A stretch of 59,399 nucleotides of DNA from a virus (taxonomy: Duplodnaviria > Caudoviricetes). The translations under genes and the position numbers were made by a program. The DNA is taken from the IMG/VR virus record IMGVR_UViG_3300013126_000036, positions 1 through 59,399 of that record, one strand, 5' to 3'. Below are positions 25,850-35,027 of the stretch, in pieces. The notes beneath the pieces were generated by a model. That model made no database searches. It was not told the DNA's origin and worked only from the letters and a program-made list of their open reading frames with translations. Each line of letters starts with the position of its first letter. Position 1 is the first letter of the stretch.

Positions 25850-26426
25850 AATCTCCAGTTATATTTGCTTGACCATAGCCAGAAGTGAATACTACAGAAC
25901 TTGTTACACCTTGGAATTCACTTGGCTTGAACAGACCGAATGTTGCTGGAGCTCCTCCAGCCTCAGTTCTTGGTCCATGACCAGTATTGGCAAATATATT
26001 AGCAGATGTTACGCCATCAAAGATGTAGTTATTGTATAAAGAATATTCTCTATCTGCTCTTGCTGCGTGTCCGTAGTCTGACGGGAACGCCTTTGCTCCA
26101 GCAAGACCCTTGTACTCTAATGGGCGGAATCTTGCACCATCGTATGTTGCACTGCCATCAGCAAAAGTGCCTGAGAGTGGATGGATGTAAAGAGTAGTTC
26201 CATTAAATACTTGCGACAAAAATCTATTGCCAGGATGCTCACCAGTTCCAGGAACATAATGATTATCTGGTGCACCATCTAGTACGTGACTGGTGCTGTA
26301 AAGTGGGTAAAACGAATAGGTACCAGTACCCTTAGACTTTCCAGTCATAGTGGTATATGGGTTTACCATCTCAGATGATGATCTACCCTTTAAAACTGGT
26401 CTAGGTCCTACATAAAAAGTAGCCAT
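25794..26426 (-). CDS. Gly/Tyr/Thr-rich hypothetical protein, probably virion-associated
   Basis: 210 aa, AAGGAG RBS, TTACTATA motif upstream. Confidence 0.7.
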   Translation of the reverse strand: MATFYVGPRPVLKGRSSSEMVNPYTTMTGKSKGTGTYSFYPLYSTSHVLDGAPDNHYVPGTGEHPGNRFLSQVFNGTTLYIHPLSGTFADGSATYDGARFRPLEYKGLAGAKAFPSDYGHAARADREYSLYNNYIFDGVTSANIFANTGHGPRTEAGGAPATFGLFKPSEFQGVTSSVVFTSGYGQANITGDYGREKVQEWYGVPSAKAL

Positions 26427-26472
26427 TTATTTTCTCCTTGTCAGAAATCCGTATACTTATAGTAATTTTAAG

Positions 26473-27735
26473 TTAGATATATTCAATGATTAAATCAGAA
26501 AGAACTGGAGCGGTTTTGTCATCCAGCTGATTCAAGGTAACTTCTATCCATACATGGTTGTTAGCACCGGGGTTAGTTAAGCTATATGTGCCGGCATCGT
26601 CGTATATAATCCTATAGCTAAAAGCTTCATCAAGCTGACTTTCAGCTACATTATATATTTTAGGTGAGACATTTGTCACTTCTTCTATAACATCACCAGC
26701 TGGAGCAGAATACTTTATAATCATTTTGCCAGTTTGCAAATACTTCTCATATTTAACATCCAAATCAGAAAGACCATATGTATAAACATACTGTGCTGTT
26801 TCTGTCAAATAATTTTTTTGATTCATCTTAATTCTTATGGCTGTTATATTTGTTTCTGGAAACTGGAAACAAAGTGGTCCAGAATTCTTAATAGAATCAG
26901 AACCAAGAGATGACCACCCACCAGGAGCCACTTTCCCTACAGCTGAAGCAACTGAATCATAAAAGCTATTTTTATTTAAAGGTATCCAAGTATCTGCTGG
27001 GGTCAACGATGGATTGGTGACTGTTGTATATTCAATTGAATATATTTCGCAACCAAACGCTGGGAATGGATTCAGCTTAATAACATTAGACTTCAATATT
27101 CCAACAGCGTCATTGGGTATTTCAACATACAGCATAAGTTGTGCGCCAGTTGTAGGATTTGTGTTGGAAACTATTGTTCTTTTCCAAACCTTATCAGGAG
27201 CATCTAAAATGCAATTATATATTGGAGTACTATCAATTACGGCACCAGAGGTATCTACGCCCGCATAGGAAACGTCTATTCTAGTTTTGAAATAATCTGG
27301 AACTATCTGTCCAACGCCAGCCTGACCAAACTTTAGCTTTGAAAACGATCCACTAGATACCTTTGGTAAGGTTACCGTGTTGTATATGGGATCAAAGCTT
27401 AATAGTTCTGTTCCGGCAATTGAAAAGCTTGTTCCAACAAAAGTGCCATAATCCAACTGTGAAAAAGAATATATTGACAACGTATTAGAGGCTGCCTCTA
27501 AAGCAGCAACTCTATCGCTTAGATCCTGTACTGCATTAGCTAAAAATATGTGATCTTTTAAAACTCTTTCAAAAGCACTAGCCAGTTTAGCATCTATGAT
27601 ATTTGCCCTATTATAAAGATAAACTAAATCCTGATAATTCTCTTGTATCCTGGCATTGTAATCAGAGCTATCCACGGGACCATTATATTTATAGTCTCTT
27701 TTTTTAGTTTTTAATACATCAGTCATATCATTCAC
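26473..27735 (-). CDS. virion structural protein (tail/baseplate paralogue family)
   Basis: N-terminal coiled coil followed by a beta-rich region. YTYGLSDLDV motif is shared with neighbouring genes. Confidence 0.7.
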   Translation of the reverse strand: MNDMTDVLKTKKRDYKYNGPVDSSDYNARIQENYQDLVYLYNRANIIDAKLASAFERVLKDHIFLANAVQDLSDRVAALEAASNTLSIYSFSQLDYGTFVGTSFSIAGTELLSFDPIYNTVTLPKVSSGSFSKLKFGQAGVGQIVPDYFKTRIDVSYAGVDTSGAVIDSTPIYNCILDAPDKVWKRTIVSNTNPTTGAQLMLYVEIPNDAVGILKSNVIKLNPFPAFGCEIYSIEYTTVTNPSLTPADTWIPLNKNSFYDSVASAVGKVAPGGWSSLGSDSIKNSGPLCFQFPETNITAIRIKMNQKNYLTETAQYVYTYGLSDLDVKYEKYLQTGKMIIKYSAPAGDVIEEVTNVSPKIYNVAESQLDEAFSYRIIYDDAGTYSLTNPGANNHVWIEVTLNQLDDKTAPVLSDLIIEYI

Positions 27736-28123
27736 CGTTTTCTAATCTAGAAACTTTATTAATTAATCTAGACAATTTTCCACTTAACTTATTAGTAGTG
27801 TCAATTGTCAGCGTTTCCAATGAAGGACTTGCCTCATCTATATATCTTTGCAAGGGAGCAAAATCATAGGAAATGCCATCGTCTAACTTTACTTGCTCTG
27901 TATAATCTGTTATATCTCCAACAAAATATGTTAACTTATCTAAAATAGAATTATCGACTTCATTTAAATGATTTAGTATTCTAGAAAAATCTATCTTTAA
28001 TAAATTGCTCTCTAGATTTTCCATTAAACTATTTCTAGGAGATTTAAATTTTACTCTATCAATCTGATAAAGTGGTTCAATAATTCTGTTTATTTTATTG
28101 GAATTTCTATAGCTAATAGCCAT
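27728..28123 (-). CDS. small coiled-coil structural protein
   Basis: Lies in the structural operon and resembles the N-termini of neighbouring proteins. Confidence 0.6.
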   Translation of the reverse strand: MAISYRNSNKINRIIEPLYQIDRVKFKSPRNSLMENLESNLLKIDFSRILNHLNEVDNSILDKLTYFVGDITDYTEQVKLDDGISYDFAPLQRYIDEASPSLETLTIDTTNKLSGKLSRLINKVSRLENGE

Positions 28124-28124
28124 C

Positions 28125-30269
28125 TTATCCTTCTTCGTTGTGCCTAAATTTTATTCTTATATTATCTATTATTGGAGAAATTAATGGATTTTTATCCCTA
28201 TACAAATCAGCCCTATATCTAACTGCCTTAACTAAACTCGAATTTTCCCCATAATAAACTATTTGCGACGTACCAGATAAATGTCTAGAGCTTACTATTT
28301 CCCGTGCACCAAACGCTTGGTCTACGGTAAATATATAATTTGATTGTGCGACTCTTTGCCTAAACTCGTATGGGTCAAGGTATGAATAATAATCCAAGAA
28401 TATAGTTCCATAATCAGACAATCTTCTTCCAGACATAACATTAAATGTGATCAAGCCTTCAAAATTTTTGTCATATGTTATCTTGATATAATTAATTCCA
28501 GTTTTAAAATTCCATTCAATATCCTTAGACAAAACACCCGATGGAAGATCTGCAATTAACACGTCATTTAAATATATTGCTAACGTAAAATCTTCCCTAC
28601 TTTTAGTCACAGTATGTATTACGGTATTATCTCTTGTAGTAGAAAGACTAGTCTCTAATAAGCCAGAACATATTCCGTTAAACCCAGGACTTATTGCATT
28701 TAACTGATTTTCAATAGGACTTGTTTGAGTGATATCTGAAGAGGACTGTGAAATTTTTTGTGTCCATATATTCAAAGATTTATAGTATTGCTCTGTTATA
28801 TTTGAATTAGAAGACCTAAGTAGGGCATAGTTTCTTATGGAATTTATACCATTTAAAATAAATGGTTGCTTTATTTCTTCTGCCCCAATATTACAAACTC
28901 TGTAAACAGTTTTACCAGAATATATATTTGTATTTGGATTTAATTCATTAATATTTGTGGAAGTAGAATTTAAATCTATTAGCTCGAAACCGCCCACTTG
29001 TCCAGCGCCATCATAGATTAATCTATTATTTCTATTGGTAGTTTGTAAATCTGCGATTGTTGGATTTGAATTAGATGAAGAATTTTCTGGGTCAATCGCT
29101 ATCCAGTTAAATGCATCAACTCCGCTTGCTCCGGGAACATCTGCTGCAACAAAATAGTTTACATCATACCCGGAACCAACCTGATGTTGAACATTTAAAC
29201 TAACAGACTCTATTGACAATAGGCCATTGTCTACTTCTGGTATTGATATTGGAGACGAAACTATTGTAGCTGTTCGATCATGATATTTTGATCCAATATA
29301 AATGTCCCTTAGCCCAAATTCATAAATATAAGGTTTATTAGAATTGTTTAAAATTTCATCAGGGAATGTCTTAAATAGAATTAAAGTAATACTTGAATAA
29401 TTAAGGGGATTCAAGTTGAAAGAAAATCTATCATAGTCAGATCTAGTATCTTTAATGATATTTTGTTCTGGGACTTCTGTGTTTAATGGTTTTGCCAAAA
29501 CACCAATTCCAACCCCAGAAGAGGCTAATAAAGTACCTTCAATTTTAGAAATCGTATAATTAGAATTAACTGGTATAGTTATTATTGCGCTTACCACACC
29601 TAGCTCAGTAGACTCGTATCTATATGACCAATATGTATCAGTGAGTCCATCTGTTATATTTTCTAATCCAGAAATTACAGACGGCGTAACAACCTGCGTG
29701 CCATTTAGATCTACTGATAATGTCACACTAGAAGGATTAATTAATGAAGATGTTATCATGTCAAATACACCAGAATTAATAATCGGTATAGTCACATTTC
29801 CAGCTTTAACATCAATAAACGCATCTGTTAAGGTTAAATCAATGTTTTTAGTTGATGTAAAATTTTCTAAGTAAGAGTAATAAAATCCATCAGAATTATT
29901 TATAGAAAAAATTAACTCATCAACTTTTCCTTCTAGTTCTCGACGCTTAGATTTTAGATTATCCAGTCTTTTATTAAGAGCTGTAATAGTCTCCATCATT
30001 TGATAGTTGTTTTCAGTTGTACAATCATAAGCTACTTCTAAATTAAATAATGCTTTAATCATTAGCTCATTTAAGTCTTCATGATCAAAAATATTTTTTC
30101 TTGTAAAAATATCATAATCCATAGGTATAGGATAACCTAGCTTATAGATAGAAAAATAATCATTAAACAGTTTTCTTATCTCTATTTCACTTGGTCTAGT
30201 TCCAGATGAGTACAGTAGTTTATTTACATTATTTAGAAATTTTAGTTTCTGCACGCTTGCTATGTTCAT
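28125..30269 (-). CDS. virion structural protein (paralogue family)
   Basis: Coiled coil plus beta-sandwich-like region; YEFGLRDIYI. Confidence 0.7.
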   Translation of the reverse strand: MNIASVQKLKFLNNVNKLLYSSGTRPSEIEIRKLFNDYFSIYKLGYPIPMDYDIFTRKNIFDHEDLNELMIKALFNLEVAYDCTTENNYQMMETITALNKRLDNLKSKRRELEGKVDELIFSINNSDGFYYSYLENFTSTKNIDLTLTDAFIDVKAGNVTIPIINSGVFDMITSSLINPSSVTLSVDLNGTQVVTPSVISGLENITDGLTDTYWSYRYESTELGVVSAIITIPVNSNYTISKIEGTLLASSGVGIGVLAKPLNTEVPEQNIIKDTRSDYDRFSFNLNPLNYSSITLILFKTFPDEILNNSNKPYIYEFGLRDIYIGSKYHDRTATIVSSPISIPEVDNGLLSIESVSLNVQHQVGSGYDVNYFVAADVPGASGVDAFNWIAIDPENSSSNSNPTIADLQTTNRNNRLIYDGAGQVGGFELIDLNSTSTNINELNPNTNIYSGKTVYRVCNIGAEEIKQPFILNGINSIRNYALLRSSNSNITEQYYKSLNIWTQKISQSSSDITQTSPIENQLNAISPGFNGICSGLLETSLSTTRDNTVIHTVTKSREDFTLAIYLNDVLIADLPSGVLSKDIEWNFKTGINYIKITYDKNFEGLITFNVMSGRRLSDYGTIFLDYYSYLDPYEFRQRVAQSNYIFTVDQAFGAREIVSSRHLSGTSQIVYYGENSSLVKAVRYRADLYRDKNPLISPIIDNIRIKFRHNEEG

Positions 30270-32422
30270 GATCTTTTTACCTTAGCTATTAATTGATATG
30301 AATATATATTAGGCGTAAAATTATATGCACCCTTTTTCTGTGCAACTATTTTAACGACAATTTCTTTAACTTCTTTTGGAATAGTTGGAAAAGATAAATA
30401 TGATGCACCAGATAATCTATATTGATCAAGTATAGATTGATTAAAGAACACTATTTCAGGAACACCAGTAAAGTCTAATTGCACCGGAGAAACCTCTATC
30501 CAATTAGATCCTTGATCTGCAGATATGTATGTTTGAATATTTGTTCTTCCAGAATGAACCTGATCTATAGAAGCTTGCACATCAAGCATCACGGATTCAA
30601 CAGGGTGATCAAATTTAAACGGAAAAGAAATTATCTGCATTTCGTCTTTATATGTCTCCCTGTAAACATCTACATCTCTAATCCCTATCGCCCATCTTTT
30701 AGCGTTATAGAATTCTTCTTCTTGTTCAAGAATAACTCTATAAGAAATTTCTTTTTGCACAGGCACGAATGACTGTTGCACAATCGAAATATCTTGCATT
30801 ATCCCTAACTCTGGATCTGAATATGGGGTGGCACCTAAATATAAATCTAAAAGATCATTTAAATCTTCTTGGGCAGCGGACACTGTGTCATAGTTTTTTG
30901 TTATGTAACTATCTTCATCTTTAACTATCTCAGAAACAAATTGAGCCTCTTCTCCAGTTATTGTCCATCTATGAAAATAAACCGTAGAACTAGTTGGAGT
31001 AGCTGAATCGCTAAAGAATGAGGCAGCTATGAAATAAGCCGTTAGGGATGTTGGCTTCTTTTTTAAGCTAACATTTACATCTGCTACATTTTGTGTAGTA
31101 GTTTTATATTTAGTTGGATTAGATAGTGTTGGTATCAATTGATATTTATTATATTTAATTGATTCATATATATCTCTACTTAGGGCATCTGGATTGAATC
31201 TTGACAAATTAACAAAAGGATTATTAGCGTTTATTGAACTAGGTTTCCAGTAAACATGGTTTATTTCTATGTTTGAATAAGCTGCTTGCCTAAAAGATAT
31301 TTCTATTTTAGAAACTTGTCTTTCAGGAAATCTTACTGTAGCTTTATTATAAAAATAGTTTTGCGAAAGTTCAATATTCAAAGGAATTAATGACGAACCA
31401 ATAAAAATATTTTCCTTTAAAACATTTTCCGAAGAACCATCTTTAGCAAAGACTATAACTTCTGTAACTTCTACATATTTAGAGGAGCCAAAAAATGGAG
31501 TTATATCAATGCTATTTGCAATTCTTCCGGAATTAGAAGTAAGCCTTAGCTTTAAAGTTAAAGGATCAGCTTCTGGATGCGAAGACCAATCTACTACATT
31601 GGACTCATTAGAATTGGAACTATTCATTTCTGTTTTAAGAAACTTAAATTCATTTTCCTGAGGCGCAGTAGTCAATGGTGGCTTGGCTGTTGATTTATCT
31701 ACATTCAAGCTTTCGTATTCAAAATATGTAAGAGGGTTGTTGTCGTTAATACTTCTCAGATTATTTAATGTTTTATTGTTCTCAAAAACATATTTGTATT
31801 CAGATGTGTTTTCGTCATTATTAGACTTGGTAACCTGGTGACTGTTACCAATAAAACCATTCCCAGATAAAACCTCTATTGAATCAATGGTCCATCGCTT
31901 TGAAGACTCTATTGCTAGCGATGCAGTCCCGCTCCTAATGAGCGGATTTGAACCTTTGGTTATTTTCGTGTAGTCAATTAAATCATCATTTTCAAATGAA
32001 TCACCAATATAGATAAGATCATCAGATGGACTACGAGAATACATTTGCAAAATTTTACACTTGGAAGCTATTCTTTCCGAATATCTTTTTTCTCCTTCAA
32101 CTTCTTTAGAAAAAAGATTAAATATATTAATGGTCTTGGCGTTGAGATAGTCTATTTGCTTTGACAAAATAGATACGTCTTGTGCATACTCTGTAAAAAA
32201 TTTATTAAACTTTTCAGACCTTGGTGGCTCACCTTTTATGAAAGGCGAATAAGATGCCAAAGGGGCTCCTATTTGATTCTTGATTTCGTTCAATATTTTT
32301 ATATATTGTTCTGCTATTTCATCTTTTGTAATCAATGACGCAGTGTTTATTGCGGTAATTAACTGAGCCACCTTATGGACCATTTGCTGGTACGGCATCG
32401 TGCTTGCTGATAATTGTGTCAT
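30266..32422 (-). CDS. virion structural protein (paralogue family)
   Basis: WAIGIRDVDV, WIEVSP. Confidence 0.7.
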   Translation of the reverse strand: MTQLSASTMPYQQMVHKVAQLITAINTASLITKDEIAEQYIKILNEIKNQIGAPLASYSPFIKGEPPRSEKFNKFFTEYAQDVSILSKQIDYLNAKTINIFNLFSKEVEGEKRYSERIASKCKILQMYSRSPSDDLIYIGDSFENDDLIDYTKITKGSNPLIRSGTASLAIESSKRWTIDSIEVLSGNGFIGNSHQVTKSNNDENTSEYKYVFENNKTLNNLRSINDNNPLTYFEYESLNVDKSTAKPPLTTAPQENEFKFLKTEMNSSNSNESNVVDWSSHPEADPLTLKLRLTSNSGRIANSIDITPFFGSSKYVEVTEVIVFAKDGSSENVLKENIFIGSSLIPLNIELSQNYFYNKATVRFPERQVSKIEISFRQAAYSNIEINHVYWKPSSINANNPFVNLSRFNPDALSRDIYESIKYNKYQLIPTLSNPTKYKTTTQNVADVNVSLKKKPTSLTAYFIAASFFSDSATPTSSTVYFHRWTITGEEAQFVSEIVKDEDSYITKNYDTVSAAQEDLNDLLDLYLGATPYSDPELGIMQDISIVQQSFVPVQKEISYRVILEQEEEFYNAKRWAIGIRDVDVYRETYKDEMQIISFPFKFDHPVESVMLDVQASIDQVHSGRTNIQTYISADQGSNWIEVSPVQLDFTGVPEIVFFNQSILDQYRLSGASYLSFPTIPKEVKEIVVKIVAQKKGAYNFTPNIYSYQLIAKVKRS

Positions 32423-32432
32423 AATATTCTCT

Positions 32433-35027
32433 TTACAATGTTAAAGAATTTAACTTCTCATAATATGGATCATTATTAATGGTTTTCATCTTAAGAATAA
32501 CGCTATCAACAGATATCGGGTCAGAAGAGTCAATAATGTTTTTTCTTATAACTAATCTAAATCGCAAATCATTAGGTATATATTGATAGTAAACCGTAAA
32601 TGGCTGATTAATTGGCCTATTAAAAACAAGATTTCTACCACTTTGAATAAACAGTGTTTCAGTCGTGGAATAAAAAGAAACTTTTTCTGTAGAAAGCGAG
32701 TAATTAGTCAAGTTAATGGCTACGGTTCCATCTGAAAGAATAGCTCTTACAGGATTATATCCGGCATTATTGCTGATAAAGTTTGTTCCTGTTGACTTAT
32801 TGTAGATTATTCTAGAATAACTATCTCTATCTACATAGGGAGAATAGCTTAATCTGACTGATGCATTAAGGTCAGTCGAAACAAAGGTCTCTCCTGAGCC
32901 ATCTTCTGAAGAATAATTTTTTAAAGACTGAAGAACTACATTTCTTTTTATAAAATCAACCTCATCGGGCGCAGCGGATGCGAAATCTAGATCATAAGAA
33001 ACTATGAATCTACTATTTATATTGAATATACTTTCTGAAATAGAAATGCTATTTTCATTAAGCGAATAACTATAATTAGCAGAAACCCTAGGAACCAAAA
33101 CTCCATCTTTATAAAGAATAATTGAATCATTTTTAGCTTTGAATCTTAACGTACCTTTTCTAGTGACATTATTCGTAAACAAAATTTCAGATTGCACAAA
33201 GGTATTCCCATAAGTTGATATTGGTATCCAGTCAGACTCACTTGATGGTAGTGGTTTATTCGATAAAGATAGTTCATACGACGCTGGAGCTAGTATGTCT
33301 CTATTTACATTGGAAACAGCAGCATTGTTATTGAAGAAATAAGGTTTAATTTTAGCAGCGATGATTTGTCCATTTGCAGGAATTTTTTTGCTAACAAAAA
33401 CAGCTTTATTAGTATCTTCGTTTAATGTTTCTATAAACTCTATTGATTTAAGGGAAAAACTATATTCATAACCAAGGTTGGTTTCCAATACAGATAGTTG
33501 AGAGTTTAGCGAAGTTACTGGAGGAGCTAAAGCTCCAGTGTCATACTGTTGATCTGATCTTGACCTAGCATTGGTGCTGGAGCCTATGATGAATCCAGAG
33601 GCAAACAAAGAAGACCCTGCTGTTATACCTTCAATATATTTATCAGAATCAAATACTTTGTATTTTCCAGAAAAAGTATTCAACATAGAATTAATTGCAT
33701 TAACAAATACAGGAGTATTACTGAATACGTTTCTATCTTCAATAATTAGATTATTAAATTCTTTAATTTGCTCATCTAAATTATTTATATAGCTATCAAA
33801 TTCCTGCGGGAACCTGTATGCGTAGTAGTCTATATCTGTTTTCTTATTTTTAGATATTCCTTTTACCGTACTTTTTCTTTTGAAAAACCAATAAATAATA
33901 TCTTGGAATCTACTGAAACGATTTTTGCGGTCATCTATTACAGCTTTAACAAAGGAATCCAAAACTTTAGAGTTTAACTCGGAATTAATCGGTGGCCTAC
34001 TGTTCTTAATATAATCTTGCTGATTAAATATTAGAATAATCTTATTAACTGATTTTTTATTAAATCTTAAATCAAAAACTCCATTTAGCAATGCTGGCCT
34101 GTTTAGTAGAACGGTATAGTTTTCTGACGGCGTAATATTATTCGCATCTACGGGAGAATTGTGGTATACAACAGCCTGCAATAGCTTAAAATTAGTTGAT
34201 TGATTAGGCTGAAATCTAATTGTATCTATATTAATAGGTCTTTGCAAAACTATTTCAACAGCTGCCATTGCTCCACTAACAGTAGTATAATCATAGTTGA
34301 AATATTTTATATAATCTTTTAGCTGTGCAGATAAGATAGCTGGGGACTTTACCGTGACTGACCATGAATCGGAAAAATTATCATTGAATAAATTTTCAAA
34401 ATTAGAATTTGTTGTTGCATAATTATTGTAATTAGTAGAAATTTTTATAGACTTTATATTTCTAATAATATTTTTTACATCTTGTCCCTTACCAATTTTC
34501 AAAGTGCCACTAATAGGATCTATGAAGGCATTATTTGTTTCCGAAAAAGGTATGCCATCTCTATCTGGGATTGCAAACTGAACTCCATCTGCCCTATAAT
34601 CATTAAGGAAGCTATCAAATTTCTCTATATAGTTTGCATTAAACAAATCATCTTTACCAGAAATAAATTCATAGTTATCTATAAACACTTGTAGCTTATC
34701 TAAATCTTCTTCTACTTTTTGTATTTCAGAATCAAAAACGCTAACAATAGAATTTAAAGCTATACCGGTAGCATTGGCTGCATTAAATAAATTTTGCATT
34801 CTTAGGTAGGCGTTTCTGAACGCATCCACCATGGCTTCTTTTGTTAGAAGGGAGAAAGACGCAACTTTAGCTCCCGTATAATTTAGATCTACTGTCATAT
34901 TTGACATTTTTGTTACTAAAAAATTTAAATCTGTTTTTTCAAGCCTCATATCTCTTATGAGAGACGAAACAGTTGCCCTGGAGGCGGAAGAATATAAGCT
35001 AATTGTTTCCGGTAATGCGTGTATCAT
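32433..35027 (-). CDS. virion structural protein (paralogue family)
   Basis: YSFSLKSIEF, WIPIS. Confidence 0.7.
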   Translation of the reverse strand: MIHALPETISLYSSASRATVSSLIRDMRLEKTDLNFLVTKMSNMTVDLNYTGAKVASFSLLTKEAMVDAFRNAYLRMQNLFNAANATGIALNSIVSVFDSEIQKVEEDLDKLQVFIDNYEFISGKDDLFNANYIEKFDSFLNDYRADGVQFAIPDRDGIPFSETNNAFIDPISGTLKIGKGQDVKNIIRNIKSIKISTNYNNYATTNSNFENLFNDNFSDSWSVTVKSPAILSAQLKDYIKYFNYDYTTVSGAMAAVEIVLQRPINIDTIRFQPNQSTNFKLLQAVVYHNSPVDANNITPSENYTVLLNRPALLNGVFDLRFNKKSVNKIILIFNQQDYIKNSRPPINSELNSKVLDSFVKAVIDDRKNRFSRFQDIIYWFFKRKSTVKGISKNKKTDIDYYAYRFPQEFDSYINNLDEQIKEFNNLIIEDRNVFSNTPVFVNAINSMLNTFSGKYKVFDSDKYIEGITAGSSLFASGFIIGSSTNARSRSDQQYDTGALAPPVTSLNSQLSVLETNLGYEYSFSLKSIEFIETLNEDTNKAVFVSKKIPANGQIIAAKIKPYFFNNNAAVSNVNRDILAPASYELSLSNKPLPSSESDWIPISTYGNTFVQSEILFTNNVTRKGTLRFKAKNDSIILYKDGVLVPRVSANYSYSLNENSISISESIFNINSRFIVSYDLDFASAAPDEVDFIKRNVVLQSLKNYSSEDGSGETFVSTDLNASVRLSYSPYVDRDSYSRIIYNKSTGTNFISNNAGYNPVRAILSDGTVAINLTNYSLSTEKVSFYSTTETLFIQSGRNLVFNRPINQPFTVYYQYIPNDLRFRLVIRKNIIDSSDPISVDSVILKMKTINNDPYYEKLNSLTL

